The notes under the pieces are model-generated. The model was not told the DNA's origin. It did no database searches and worked only from the letters and a program-made list of their open reading frames with translations. Positions 29,661 to 38,565 of a DNA stretch of 64,000 nt are shown piece by piece. The stretch is taken from positions 33,490-97,489 of IMG/VR virus record IMGVR_UViG_3300037313_000454; one strand, written 5' to 3'. The stretch is from a virus (Duplodnaviria > Heunggongvirae > Uroviricota > Caudoviricetes). Positions within the stretch are counted from its first letter, which is position 1; each line of letters begins with the position of its first letter. The translations under genes were made by a program, and so were the position numbers.

Positions 29661-30371
29661 CTACTCCGCGTCGATGATTGCGTAACTGTCTTCTTGTTGT
29701 TCTCGAATCTGCATCTTGGCTTCATCTAGAAACATCGGGGCGATTACGTCGGCCAACAGTGTGCCGTCGGTCGCCTCTCGAACTTCTCCATCAGGCAGGA
29801 CGACTTGACCGTAGAGCATCCGCGCCATCTCTAGCGCGTTAGCAATCATCTCAGCTTGGGTGTCCGTGACACGGAAGTTACACCAGCGAGTGGCTTCAAG
29901 TCCCCCTTTCTGGCGAATTTCGTTGACACGGGTGCGAACCTTATCCAGCGTCATGTCCGCAGACTGTGCAACCAATTCTTTGATTTGTTCAGCATTTACT
30001 GCTGGGTCAAGGGCAAAGATTTCCTTGAGCTTAGATAGCTTAGAGGCTTGGAGTAGGTCGCGGTCGATACCTAACGCTCGGCTATTGTCTACGATTTTGA
30101 CGAGGTAGTAGGCTTGCCGCTCCGACATGTCCAGCCCGGATGATTCCAGCCACTCACCGAATGACTGGAAACCAAGCAGTTCTGGGTACGAGTTCGCACG
30201 GGCTTCGGACAATAGCTCTCCCAGATAGAGCATATTGTCCACCAGTGACGACTTGATGCGCTTGATTTCGTTGGTGACTTCTGATGCGCGTTCTTTACTA
30301 ATCGTTAAGGCAGTGGTCATTTCCAATTCCGTCCAGTTGGAACGCATGAAAGGCTGTAAATACCGTTCCAA
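29661..30371 (-). CDS. hypothetical protein (possible regulator)
   Basis: 236 aa, helical, no catalytic motifs seen. Confidence 0.45.
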   Translation of the reverse strand: MERYLQPFMRSNWTELEMTTALTISKERASEVTNEIKRIKSSLVDNMLYLGELLSEARANSYPELLGFQSFGEWLESSGLDMSERQAYYLVKIVDNSRALGIDRDLLQASKLSKLKEIFALDPAVNAEQIKELVAQSADMTLDKVRTRVNEIRQKGGLEATRWCNFRVTDTQAEMIANALEMARMLYGQVVLPDGEVREATDGTLLADVIAPMFLDEAKMQIREQQEDSYAIIDAE

Positions 30372-30562
30372 CGACCAGTGCAGACAAATTCCAGTCCACT
30401 CTCTTTGTCATGTACCGCACTCACAATCAAGTCCGAGATAGGAGCGTTGATATATTCCTGTCGTTTTAGTTCAAACCGTGGCCCCTGTTCTGCACGGGCT
30501 ACACTGTATCCTACAACCAGAGCCAAAGCAAGCCCTAGGATATACTTAAGTTTTTTGTTCAT
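30317..30562 (-). CDS. small secreted protein
   Basis: Signal peptide MNKKLKYILGLALALVVGYSVARA. Confidence 0.4.
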   Translation of the reverse strand: MNKKLKYILGLALALVVGYSVARAEQGPRFELKRQEYINAPISDLIVSAVHDKESGLEFVCTGRWNGIYSLSCVPTGRNWK

Positions 30563-31082
30563 TGAAGCAACCTCTAATCTGGAAGATTTGTTTGGCTTCC
30601 TCTAAGCTAATCGGCGTGTAATCAATGACTTCCACAGATACGTTGAGATAGTTGGGGCCGAAGTGAAGCGGGGATACATTGTTGTGGACGTGTCCGTGGA
30701 TGTTTACCCCGCGCCCCATCAGACTCTCAGGGTGGACAGGGATATGGGACAGCAGCATATTGTCTAGTAGCCGCGTGGCATATATCTCCTCGAAGAACGG
30801 TAGATACAGCTTGATGCTGTGGTCATCGTGGTTACCCCGCACCAGCCGTTTGTGACCATTGCAGCGGCCCACCAAGGGGATGTCCCGCTTGTGCATAGCC
30901 ACATCACCCAGATGGTATACCTTGTCCTCAGGCTTGACCACCTTGTTCCACCGCTCAATCATCATCTCGTTCATCTCATCGACAGAAGCAAAGTCACGAA
31001 CCTTACCGCCGTCCCGAGTGGTGAAGTTGAGGATGTTAGCGTGGCCGAAGTGGGTGTCAGATACTAGAAAGATGTTAGCCAT
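30546..31082 (-). CDS. calcineurin-like metallophosphoesterase
   Basis: VSDTHFGH, HLGDV and RGNHDD motifs. Confidence 0.7.
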   Translation of the reverse strand: MANIFLVSDTHFGHANILNFTTRDGGKVRDFASVDEMNEMMIERWNKVVKPEDKVYHLGDVAMHKRDIPLVGRCNGHKRLVRGNHDDHSIKLYLPFFEEIYATRLLDNMLLSHIPVHPESLMGRGVNIHGHVHNNVSPLHFGPNYLNVSVEVIDYTPISLEEAKQIFQIRGCFNEQKT

Positions 31083-31345
31083 TGACAGACACTTTCTCCT
31101 ACACCTTTTAAAAGGAAGAAGCTAGCCGTACCAGCACCACCTAAAACTAGTGTTAGCAGCACAGCCAGCAGTGTTGCAGCACTTCTATATATCACTCTGT
31201 CAGCTAAGTCGCGTTTAAGGAAACTAGACTTTATTTCGTAGCCAAAGTGTCTATCCATGAAGAAATTACCAAACGGAAAAAACACTAGGTAAACTACAAA
31301 GAACACCACGACTACCGATGTAAGACCACAGAGGAATGTACTCAT
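31064..31345 (-). CDS. small membrane protein
   Basis: Two hydrophobic segments. Confidence 0.4.
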   Translation of the reverse strand: MSTFLCGLTSVVVVFFVVYLVFFPFGNFFMDRHFGYEIKSSFLKRDLADRVIYRSAATLLAVLLTLVLGGAGTASFFLLKGVGESVCQWLTSF

Positions 31346-31542
31346 CGGTCATCCTTATAATCAGAGCCATCACAAAACGGTTCAAACTCTAACTGGCTCC
31401 TGTCAATAAACGTCTGCGTATAATGTCCGTTGATACCCTTGAACATGAACCAGAGACGCTTACACGCTAGACAGTCAGCCGTTGGTTTACGCCATGCTGC
31501 ATAACGTGGGTGCTTTTTACAGAACACTTCTACTTTAATCAT
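31342..31542 (-). CDS. hypothetical protein
   Basis: 66-aa ORF. Confidence 0.35.
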   Translation of the reverse strand: MIKVEVFCKKHPRYAAWRKPTADCLACKRLWFMFKGINGHYTQTFIDRSQLEFEPFCDGSDYKDDR

Positions 31543-31548
31543 AATATT

Positions 31549-31634
31549 TGGTGGTCAATGTAGGAATCGAACCTACACGTCCGAAGACACTAGCTCCTAA
31601 GGCTAGCGCGTCTGCCAATTCCGCCAATTGACCG
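31549..31634 (-). tRNA. tRNA-Leu (anticodon UAG), type II with long variable arm, CCA encoded
   Basis: Minus-strand GGTCAATTGGCGGAATTGGCAGACGCG-CTAGC-CTTAGGA-GCTAG-TGTCTTCGGACGTG-GTAGGTTCGATTCCTAC-ATTGACC-A-CCA. Acceptor stem is a perfect 7 bp. D-arm closely matches E. coli tRNA-Leu. Anticodon loop is C-U-UAG-G-A. Confidence 0.8.
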
Positions 31635-31642
31635 TGACAGGC

Positions 31643-31894
31643 TTACGCCTGTGCTGCGCCGTCGGCTTGGTCTAGTGCCTCAGCTAGCTCATCGGGGATT
31701 TCGATTTCAACAATCTCTTCCTTGATGCTAAAGCTGACGACACGGTACACATCCATGTCTCCATTGACCGGGATGACAGCGATGATGTTTGCATTCGCTT
31801 CTGCTAGCGAATTTAGTCGCGTATCCAGTGCTTCGCCCTTAACAATCTCGGACGCGAACACCTTGCTACGCTTAATAGTATTAGTCTTGGCCAT
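31643..31894 (-). CDS. hypothetical protein
   Basis: 83-aa ORF. Confidence 0.4.
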   Translation of the reverse strand: MAKTNTIKRSKVFASEIVKGEALDTRLNSLAEANANIIAVIPVNGDMDVYRVVSFSIKEEIVEIEIPDELAEALDQADGAAQA

Positions 31895-31901
31895 TATTTC
31901 C

Positions 31902-32156
31902 TTACAGCAGCGAGTTAACCGCCGCTAGCTTATCGGCAATCTTGCCGCTTTCATTGTGGACAGCCTCAGCCGCCTTCTGCAATTCATCCAGAACCGCGTG
32001 TTCCGCTTTGTGGGCGGCTTCGATGGCGATGACCTTGCCTTTGGCTTCGAGAATCTGCACTTCGCGTTCAGCAATCTTAACGAAGGCTGACCCCTTGGCT
32101 ACGGTCTGTCCGGTAACTTTACGGAACAGGTTGCGGAGAAAATTAAAATTAAACAT
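31902..32156 (-). CDS. hypothetical coiled-coil protein
   Basis: 84 aa. RBS gaaggtg before the ATG. Confidence 0.45.
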   Translation of the reverse strand: MFNFNFLRNLFRKVTGQTVAKGSAFVKIAEREVQILEAKGKVIAIEAAHKAEHAVLDELQKAAEAVHNESGKIADKLAAVNSLL

Positions 32157-32870
32157 CTATACACCTTCAGTGTTGGGTTGTACTAAACTTATACTCGCTG
32201 CCGTGGATTCCCCACTTTATCCACCACGGACGCCTCTTCATTCACACCGTTCGAGGCTAGGTCTGTGAAATACGGCCTTGCGACCGCCCGTCTAAACCTA
32301 GTGTCTACTTTTTCCAACCTTATCTACCCCCAACCAGTTCTGCGTAGCAGATGTATACGTTTTAGGGAGAGCCACAGTTGGCATGGTCTATTGCACCACA
32401 GCGAGTTGATATGGCCATGACGTAATCAGCAGGACATGCTGCGACAGAGGACTTGGCCGTATGACGTTGGTAGGCAGTGTCTTATTGACGACTCCACTTA
32501 TCACGGTCTTTTACCGTGCCTACCAAAATGGTTCCGTAAGGGCTGAGTTCCACGTTACTTACATTCCCTCGCTAGCAAGGGCAGCCACCATGTTATCTCA
32601 ATTAAGCGGAGTTTTACCGCGCTATCCTCTTACGGAAATTTTGTGCGGGGAACAAGCGACTACAGTTGTTTTGGTTTTCATAGGCAATGAAAGAAGTAAC
32701 TGTAATCTACACCACCGCAACTAAACTTTTATACACGGGACGGCTAATCTTAGCTGTTATGTACGATTCAATCGGTTCCAAACCGTAGATTTATTCTGAC
32801 CGGAGCGGCTACGGGTCGCCAGTCAGCTACATTACCGAACTACCTGCCGTTACACAGCCCGTGTATCTTG
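32157..32870 (-). ncRNA. noncoding region with repeat units related to the Y-RNA-like modules
   Basis: A 714-nt ORF-free stretch between minus-strand genes. It contains TATAAAAGTTTAG-TTGCGGTGGTGTAGATTACAGTTACTTC...GCTTGTTCCCCGCACAA and GTATAAGTTTAG, the same stem module and junction motif as the 53.7-54.5 kb array. Confidence 0.35.
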
Positions 32871-33629
32871 TTAGACTTCTACGTTAGTCGCAGAGTCAAA
32901 CTCTTGGTCAACTGCTTCGTCCGCAGTCTCCGGCGTAGCTTCTTGTGCGCGTTTGACGAACATCTCGTACATCGCACCGAATTCACCCGGATTCTGAATC
33001 TTACGCAGTTCGACAAAGGTCAGTTCGTAGTAATTGCCCTTCCGACCCTGTACCGAAATCGGCTGCATCTTGAAGGTAAAGTCATAGATGCTGCGAACTT
33101 CGCCCTGCATCTTGAGCTTCAGTACTTCACGGAAGATTGCCGCCTTGAGAGCCTTCAGTTGGCTGATGCTCTTACCGCTAATGGTAATCCAGTAGGGCAG
33201 CCCCGTCTCACGGTCAATGAAAAGCATCCGTGCTTTCTCTTGACAGTCGGGCTTCTTACCTGTCGAGCGGTAATTTGCCCAGTTCTTGGGGCCGAAGTCA
33301 CAGGTCGCACACTTGGGGGACTGTGGTGCCTGCGCAGTCGGAGACGGAACCACACCATCGTCAGAGCGACACAGAGGTTCCGCGCCTAGCTCACCGCCCG
33401 GTGGGAAGAGTACTCGTCCCATGCGGATAGCCAGAGGCACAACCTGCATGGACTCGTAGTTGGTCTTGGAAAGCGTGTCAAACAGCTTCCCTTTGACCGC
33501 GCCTTCGTCCGTGGTGGTGTTCTGTACCAGCTTCATCTGGGCTGGTTTGAGATAAAAGTCCTCAAGACCTTCGCCAGCGACCGCCAGAGCAGTGCTACCA
33601 GCAGGTTGAATCTTTACTAAATCGGACAT
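32871..33629 (-). CDS. hypothetical protein
   Basis: 252-aa ORF. RBS gagaaagga. Downstream of a consensus promoter. Confidence 0.5.
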   Translation of the reverse strand: MSDLVKIQPAGSTALAVAGEGLEDFYLKPAQMKLVQNTTTDEGAVKGKLFDTLSKTNYESMQVVPLAIRMGRVLFPPGGELGAEPLCRSDDGVVPSPTAQAPQSPKCATCDFGPKNWANYRSTGKKPDCQEKARMLFIDRETGLPYWITISGKSISQLKALKAAIFREVLKLKMQGEVRSIYDFTFKMQPISVQGRKGNYYELTFVELRKIQNPGEFGAMYEMFVKRAQEATPETADEAVDQEFDSATNVEV

Positions 33630-33655
33630 TGCAATCCTTTCTCGATTGTGACAAC

Positions 33656-33684
33656 ATTATAGCACGAAATGGTTTATTTGTCAA
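33656..33684 (-). promoter_or_regulatory. sigma70-type promoter, TTGACA-17-TGcTATAAT (minus strand)
   Basis: Reverse complement of 33679-33684 is TTGACA and of 33656-33661 is TATAAT. Confidence 0.7.
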
Positions 33685-34325
33685 GTTAAATCTACCACCA
33701 CAGGGCTGTTTACTACCGAGTAAATCTCATTCACCACGGAAGCATTAACAAAATGCGTACCGTTAAAGAACTGTTCCCCGGCAGAGCCGTGAATGTGCCC
33801 GAATACGTGCAATTTGGGCTTAACCCTATTTACAACGCTCATCAAATCCTCACAGCCCACACGGTCGTGCTTTCCGAATGGCCTGTCCCCAAAACCATAC
33901 GGTGGCCCGTGAGTGATAAGTACGTTGGTATTGTCTGGGATTAAATTCCAGTGTTCCTTAATCTCGGCACCACGCATCCGGTTAAATGCCCAGTTATGGA
34001 ACCAAGGAGTGATAGGCGACCCCCAGAACTTAACTCCATCAATCTCACAGCCGGAATCATTCAGGTATGTAATACCCTTCTGTGCCATGAGTTCAGCTAT
34101 TCCTTCCACGTAACTGTGGTTATCAGGGTCAAATCCAAAGTCATGGTTTCCCGCAATCATCACCTTGTGCTTATGAGGAAGAGACGCCAGCCAATCTGTA
34201 GACCGTTCAATGGCTAGCTGGTCACCACGATAAGTGAGGTCACCAGCGTGTACCAGAACATCACCGTCAGGTACGTTTACCTTATAGTGCTGCTCATGGG
34301 TATCGGATATACAGACTATCTTCAT
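33681..34325 (-). CDS. calcineurin-like metallophosphoesterase
   Basis: ISDTHEQH, HAGDLTYRGD and AGNHDF motifs. Confidence 0.7.
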   Translation of the reverse strand: MKIVCISDTHEQHYKVNVPDGDVLVHAGDLTYRGDQLAIERSTDWLASLPHKHKVMIAGNHDFGFDPDNHSYVEGIAELMAQKGITYLNDSGCEIDGVKFWGSPITPWFHNWAFNRMRGAEIKEHWNLIPDNTNVLITHGPPYGFGDRPFGKHDRVGCEDLMSVVNRVKPKLHVFGHIHGSAGEQFFNGTHFVNASVVNEIYSVVNSPVVVDLT

Positions 34326-34344
34326 TTACCAGTCTCCGTCTGAA

Positions 34345-34653
34345 TCAATGTGGTTTACCGTCCCATTTACCATCCATGATGTTGTTGATTTCAGCGGCCA
34401 TTTTAGTAGCTTGCTCTAACGACTGGGGCTTACTCAGTAACGGGTCAGTCCCGATAGCTCCGATGTATACACAATATTGTCCTTTACACGGAGCTACATA
34501 GGCAGTGTAGGGAAATTCAGGTATAAAGCCAGTAATCAATACCAGCCCTATCACTAGCCCAAACAGAAAAGCTAACCACAGAGGCCCACTACTATTATCG
34601 TTTTTCACTTGACAAACTCCTAATTTTGTGCTATAATAAAACCACTTCGTCAA
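34345..34653 (-). CDS. small membrane protein
   Basis: TM segment LWLAFLFGLVIGLVLITGFI. Confidence 0.4.
   Translation of the reverse strand: MTKWFYYSTKLGVCQVKNDNSSGPLWLAFLFGLVIGLVLITGFIPEFPYTAYVAPCKGQYCVYIGAIGTDPLLSKPQSLEQATKMAAEINNIMDGKWDGKPH
34609..34637 (+). promoter_or_regulatory. sigma70-type promoter on the plus strand (antisense to the local genes)
   Basis: ttgaca at 34609-34614, a 17-nt spacer, TGc then tataat at 34632-34637. Both hexamers are perfect, but the promoter points into minus-strand gene 34687..35628. Confidence 0.5.
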
Positions 34654-34686
34654 CGTCGGTAATATATACCTTGTTCTCTCCGGCGT

Positions 34687-35628
34687 TTAACCATTGCTAG
34701 CCTGAGTATCAGCCCGTTCGTTCTGTAATACACGTTCTAAGGCATCCCATTCAACAAACTCGTCATACACACTTGGTACGGGGTTTGGAGCCGGAGTGGG
34801 TGCTGGAATAGTTTCTGTATCAAATACATAACGGTACGTTGTATTACCGTTGACACGACGAACAGGTATAGCACGGGGCGTTGCGTGTATATTTACGTTT
34901 GCCCAATTACTGACTTCATTACTGACCTCAACTACTCTTTTCTTCGCCTTGCTAATTTTACCTACACAGTTGAGACAAGTTTGTTTCATCCGTTTGATAC
35001 ATTGCGGGGCGAAGCAGCGATGTACTTGTCTGCACCGTGTGCAGAGATGGTGATGGTGGTGTACCCCTGTGGTATAATCATAAGAATCCCAAGCACTTAA
35101 ACACTGTACTTTAATATACTTATATAAAATACCGTCGAACCTAGAAGGCACTGTATTCCAGTTAATCGTCGCTGGTCTGTAGGTGTGGTCGTAAACCTGT
35201 ACTTGGATAACTGATTCATTTGCAGACAGCGGTGAACCTAGCCATGAGAGGTCAGAAAGCATAGTCGCCATTCGACCATCCCGCATGATGTAATGCTCTG
35301 CGACTTGTCCTTCCTGATAACCTTTGGCCTGTACTTTATACACGACTGCATTATAGGGACGGTCAGGGTTCTCCACTACAAACCGCAGCCAATCGACACT
35401 GGTAGGTATATCTTTTATGTCGTCAACGAAAAACTCTCTGATATAGTATGCTCCGTTACGAATAGCAGACGGCCCTTCATGTGACCAATCGCTGAACAGG
35501 TCGTAATAGGCGTCCGGGAAGTGCTTGTGAAACCACCGCTGATTAACACTCTTTACCACCCACGGATGTCCGCAGAGATATGAGTTCTCACTGATGTCGA
35601 AAATGAGTGGCCGCTGATGTGATGGCAT
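34687..35628 (-). CDS. hypothetical protein with His5 run and Cys-rich segment
   Basis: 313 aa. Contains ...GVHHHHHLCTRCRQVHRCFAPQCIKRMKQTCLNC... Confidence 0.5.
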   Translation of the reverse strand: MPSHQRPLIFDISENSYLCGHPWVVKSVNQRWFHKHFPDAYYDLFSDWSHEGPSAIRNGAYYIREFFVDDIKDIPTSVDWLRFVVENPDRPYNAVVYKVQAKGYQEGQVAEHYIMRDGRMATMLSDLSWLGSPLSANESVIQVQVYDHTYRPATINWNTVPSRFDGILYKYIKVQCLSAWDSYDYTTGVHHHHHLCTRCRQVHRCFAPQCIKRMKQTCLNCVGKISKAKKRVVEVSNEVSNWANVNIHATPRAIPVRRVNGNTTYRYVFDTETIPAPTPAPNPVPSVYDEFVEWDALERVLQNERADTQASNG

Positions 35629-36206
35629 TAGAAGCTCCGGCTGAGAGTGACCTGCATTACGATACCAATACGTTTGTCGTGGGGATTATCGGTGTAATGG
35701 AACAACATGACCCCGTACTCTGGCTCGAAGTTAAACTTGTTGGGCAGAGTGAGTCGTACCCCGCTGGTGATTTCCCGCACACGATTACGGTTGTCATTAC
35801 CCGATAAAATGTACCGACCAAATACCAACGAGTCCCTTGTATCGTTGAATTTAAAGAACTTACCCACTTCGACGACAGGGTGGTAGGCGTTCTTTGTGTA
35901 CTGCTCAACACGAAGTTCAGACCACAGGATGCCACCACCTACGTAGGTTTGTTTTCCTACGCTGACATGGATGCGTCCTTCCCCGCCCCACGTCACGCCT
36001 TTACCACCGTCTTGTTTGCTACTGTACAGGGCTTTGCCGGACGTGGCGAACCACAATCCCTTGGCCCGGATATCAGAGTTCAGCGACATACCGATACTGG
36101 GTGCAGTATACCCAGCATTGGCGGTGTAGTTGACGGGCACACCGACCCGGAAATCTTTCTGCGCGAACGCAGATACCGTGAGGATAAACAACAACAGTTT
36201 TTTCAT
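35628..36206 (-). CDS. outer-membrane beta-barrel protein (OmpX/OmpW-like)
   Basis: Signal peptide MKKLLLFILTVSAFA. Alternating amphipathic strands. C-terminal aromatic ...TLSRSF. Confidence 0.55.
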   Translation of the reverse strand: MKKLLLFILTVSAFAQKDFRVGVPVNYTANAGYTAPSIGMSLNSDIRAKGLWFATSGKALYSSKQDGGKGVTWGGEGRIHVSVGKQTYVGGGILWSELRVEQYTKNAYHPVVEVGKFFKFNDTRDSLVFGRYILSGNDNRNRVREITSGVRLTLPNKFNFEPEYGVMLFHYTDNPHDKRIGIVMQVTLSRSF

Positions 36207-36208
36207 AC

Positions 36209-36736
36209 TTACTCCTCTGTGAGAATTCTCATGGCCTTTTTGTAACGCTCTACAATACCCCGCTCGTTGGGTGGTAGCTTATCTAGCCGCGCTGGACTCA
36301 TATTGTGCGTCAGGTCAGCTATCTTTACTCGGACAGCAGCAGGGCCGTAGCTCTTAGTGCGCCGGACAAAGTCAAAGTACTTCTCACCTTCGCGCCGTGT
36401 GAGGGCATCCACAATGTAGACCACAGGTTCAGGGAACCCCTCTTTACGAAGCCCATCCAGAGTCACACCGCAATCTTCCACCACGTCATGAAGTAGGGCT
36501 GCGGCTTTCTCTACTTCGTCGTCGAGCATGGCAGCGACAGCGATGGGGTGATAGATATAATCCACCCCACTCTTGTCTTTCTGCCCACGGTGTGCTTCCC
36601 AAGCAAAGTCTAATGCCTGCTGATATAGTGAGTCATACACTCGTCGCTTCACGTATACCTTCTTTAATGGCAGAGATAATTCGTTCTCGCAGATTATGGA
36701 TAGTCTGACTATGACTACACGGCCAGCACCAATCAC
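36209..36736 (-). CDS. small alarmone hydrolase (RelA/SpoT-type HD domain)
   Basis: HPIAVAAML...AALLHDVVEDC matches the ppGpp hydrolase HD signature. Confidence 0.6.
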   Translation of the reverse strand: MIGAGRVVIVRLSIICENELSLPLKKVYVKRRVYDSLYQQALDFAWEAHRGQKDKSGVDYIYHPIAVAAMLDDEVEKAAALLHDVVEDCGVTLDGLRKEGFPEPVVYIVDALTRREGEKYFDFVRRTKSYGPAAVRVKIADLTHNMSPARLDKLPPNERGIVERYKKAMRILTEE

Positions 36737-36807
36737 CCATACAACCTACTGCCGAACATAAATTTATCGTTGCTGCGTGTTTTTCTGCTAACTGCTGTAT
36801 CTCATCA

Positions 36808-37983
36808 TCACTCAACAGGGATGGCATCATCTACCTCCACCACTCTCTTCTCACCTGTCGTCAGGTTGTATTTGTCACACGCTTCCCTGACTTGGTCAGG
36901 GCAGTAGCCGTCGCACTTCCATAGGCGCATCTCAGGCGGACACATCGGTGGCATTTCGCCGTTATTGAACGCCCGAACCAAGATAGGCACGGTCTTTAGG
37001 ACGAACTCTTCGATTTCATCAAGAGGTAGAAGTGGTACATCAGGCACGGCATAAGTAAGCTTGAACTTACGATATGTTTTAAGCTCGTAATCATCCGGCG
37101 TAGCCGTCGCATGTCGTTTGCCTTTCTTGAGAACCATCTTCTCGTTCTCACCAAGCACGTAGGGTTCCCCTACCATGTTGGGGTGCGTGGTCGGGTCGCT
37201 GACCCGCCAATCCGTGTTCTCGGTGAGCAGACCACCCGTTTTAACCACCTGCATCATGGTCATGTAGAAGGCGACAATCTTGTCAATCTTAATGGGCTTG
37301 TATGTCTCGCGCTGGCCGACCGGGTATCCCCGTTCGACAAGGAAGCGATACATATTGAACTGCATGATGTGGTCTTTCTTCGCCCCATCCTTGATGATGC
37401 CTAAACCCTTGTCACCAATGGTCTTATAGTCATACATCTCGCCCGACTCTGGGCGTAGCACGTCAATTGTACCGCGCAGATAGCGCATCTTCCCGTCGAT
37501 TTCACCGATGGGGTACTCGTATTCCGTCTCTGCCTGCCAGTTTGGAATCTCATACTTGGGTAGCAGTTCAGCTAGGTCGAATAACTTGGCCTCAATTTCA
37601 ATCCAACGCTGCTCAATATCATCGCGGTTACCTTCGCCCTTTTTCAATAGGCGGTATACCTCAGAGCGCATGTCCTCAATCTGAGAGACAAGGCCGGGGT
37701 TCTCAAGCAGGCGGTGCAGGATAGAACCACGCAGACTCCACCACGACTTGGGCGGCTCCACATAGTAGTCAATGGTGCGCTCCAAGTATAGCTGCCGGAG
37801 ACAGCCGAGCAGACTGGTGACCGAGATGTAGTCCCCGATGTGCTTGTCGGTGCGTCGCTGGTTTTCGATATGCACCAAGACAGAGGCCGGGACACACTGA
37901 TGGTCACACGATTTGAGACAATAGCCGGACTCGAAGGTGTGGTACTCGTTAAGACCGGGGCATTTGTTACCGATTTGGGCCAT
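36808..37983 (-). CDS. PD-(D/E)XK exonuclease with Fe-S cluster cysteines (Cas4/RecB-like)
   Basis: IDVLRPESGEMYDYKT matches the D...E.YDYK motif. An N-terminal Cys and a C-terminal C...C..C...C cluster are present. Confidence 0.55.
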   Translation of the reverse strand: MAQIGNKCPGLNEYHTFESGYCLKSCDHQCVPASVLVHIENQRRTDKHIGDYISVTSLLGCLRQLYLERTIDYYVEPPKSWWSLRGSILHRLLENPGLVSQIEDMRSEVYRLLKKGEGNRDDIEQRWIEIEAKLFDLAELLPKYEIPNWQAETEYEYPIGEIDGKMRYLRGTIDVLRPESGEMYDYKTIGDKGLGIIKDGAKKDHIMQFNMYRFLVERGYPVGQRETYKPIKIDKIVAFYMTMMQVVKTGGLLTENTDWRVSDPTTHPNMVGEPYVLGENEKMVLKKGKRHATATPDDYELKTYRKFKLTYAVPDVPLLPLDEIEEFVLKTVPILVRAFNNGEMPPMCPPEMRLWKCDGYCPDQVREACDKYNLTTGEKRVVEVDDAIPVE

Positions 37984-38234
37984 CAGTATTCCTTATTTAA
38001 AAGGTAAAACCTTACGAACGATAGTAATTCTTCCCCGAACTCAGTGGGAACCATGCCTGTTCCTTTACACTTAGGGCACCTTTCTCCACTCTTTTTAACA
38101 CTGCGACCGTAGACCTTGCCCTCACGACAACATTGCCAATCGTACACGCCTTTGGATACTTCAACGTAGTTAGAGTAGTCGCATTGTTTTTCTAAGGAAA
38201 TGCTAATGTCAGGCATAGAGTACCACGAAATCAC
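37983..38234 (-). CDS. zinc-ribbon protein
   Basis: CCREGK...CPKCKGTG. Confidence 0.4.
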   Translation of the reverse strand: MISWYSMPDISISLEKQCDYSNYVEVSKGVYDWQCCREGKVYGRSVKKSGERCPKCKGTGMVPTEFGEELLSFVRFYLLNKEY

Positions 38235-38565
38235 TTTCTTGTCAAGTTGTTTCTACCAGCGATAGGAAGGATAGCGTTCTTGGCGCTGCTGCACAGTTCT
38301 CCCGCAGTCATAGTAGCCACAGTCGATGTAGGTTCCCGGCGGCGGTTTCTTGAACACACGCACTCGCCACCCACAGGCTTTGCACTTCACGGTTTTAAAC
38401 AGCTTCTTTGTTTTAGTCTTAGCCATGTTTTATTTCTCCGTCCGCACCCCGGTGGCCTCTATGTGTTTTTGTCCATCCATTTGTCGTATTCCTCTTCTGG
38501 GTCTGGTAGCTGCCAGTAAACGACTAGCGCGATGATTGCGAACAGAGCTAATGCGATTAGGATTT

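Noticed and set aside
38203-38247. TTGACA with TACTCT -10 on the minus strand near 38.2 kb
   Set aside because: The -10 is a poor match (3/6). It is kept out of the promoter family.
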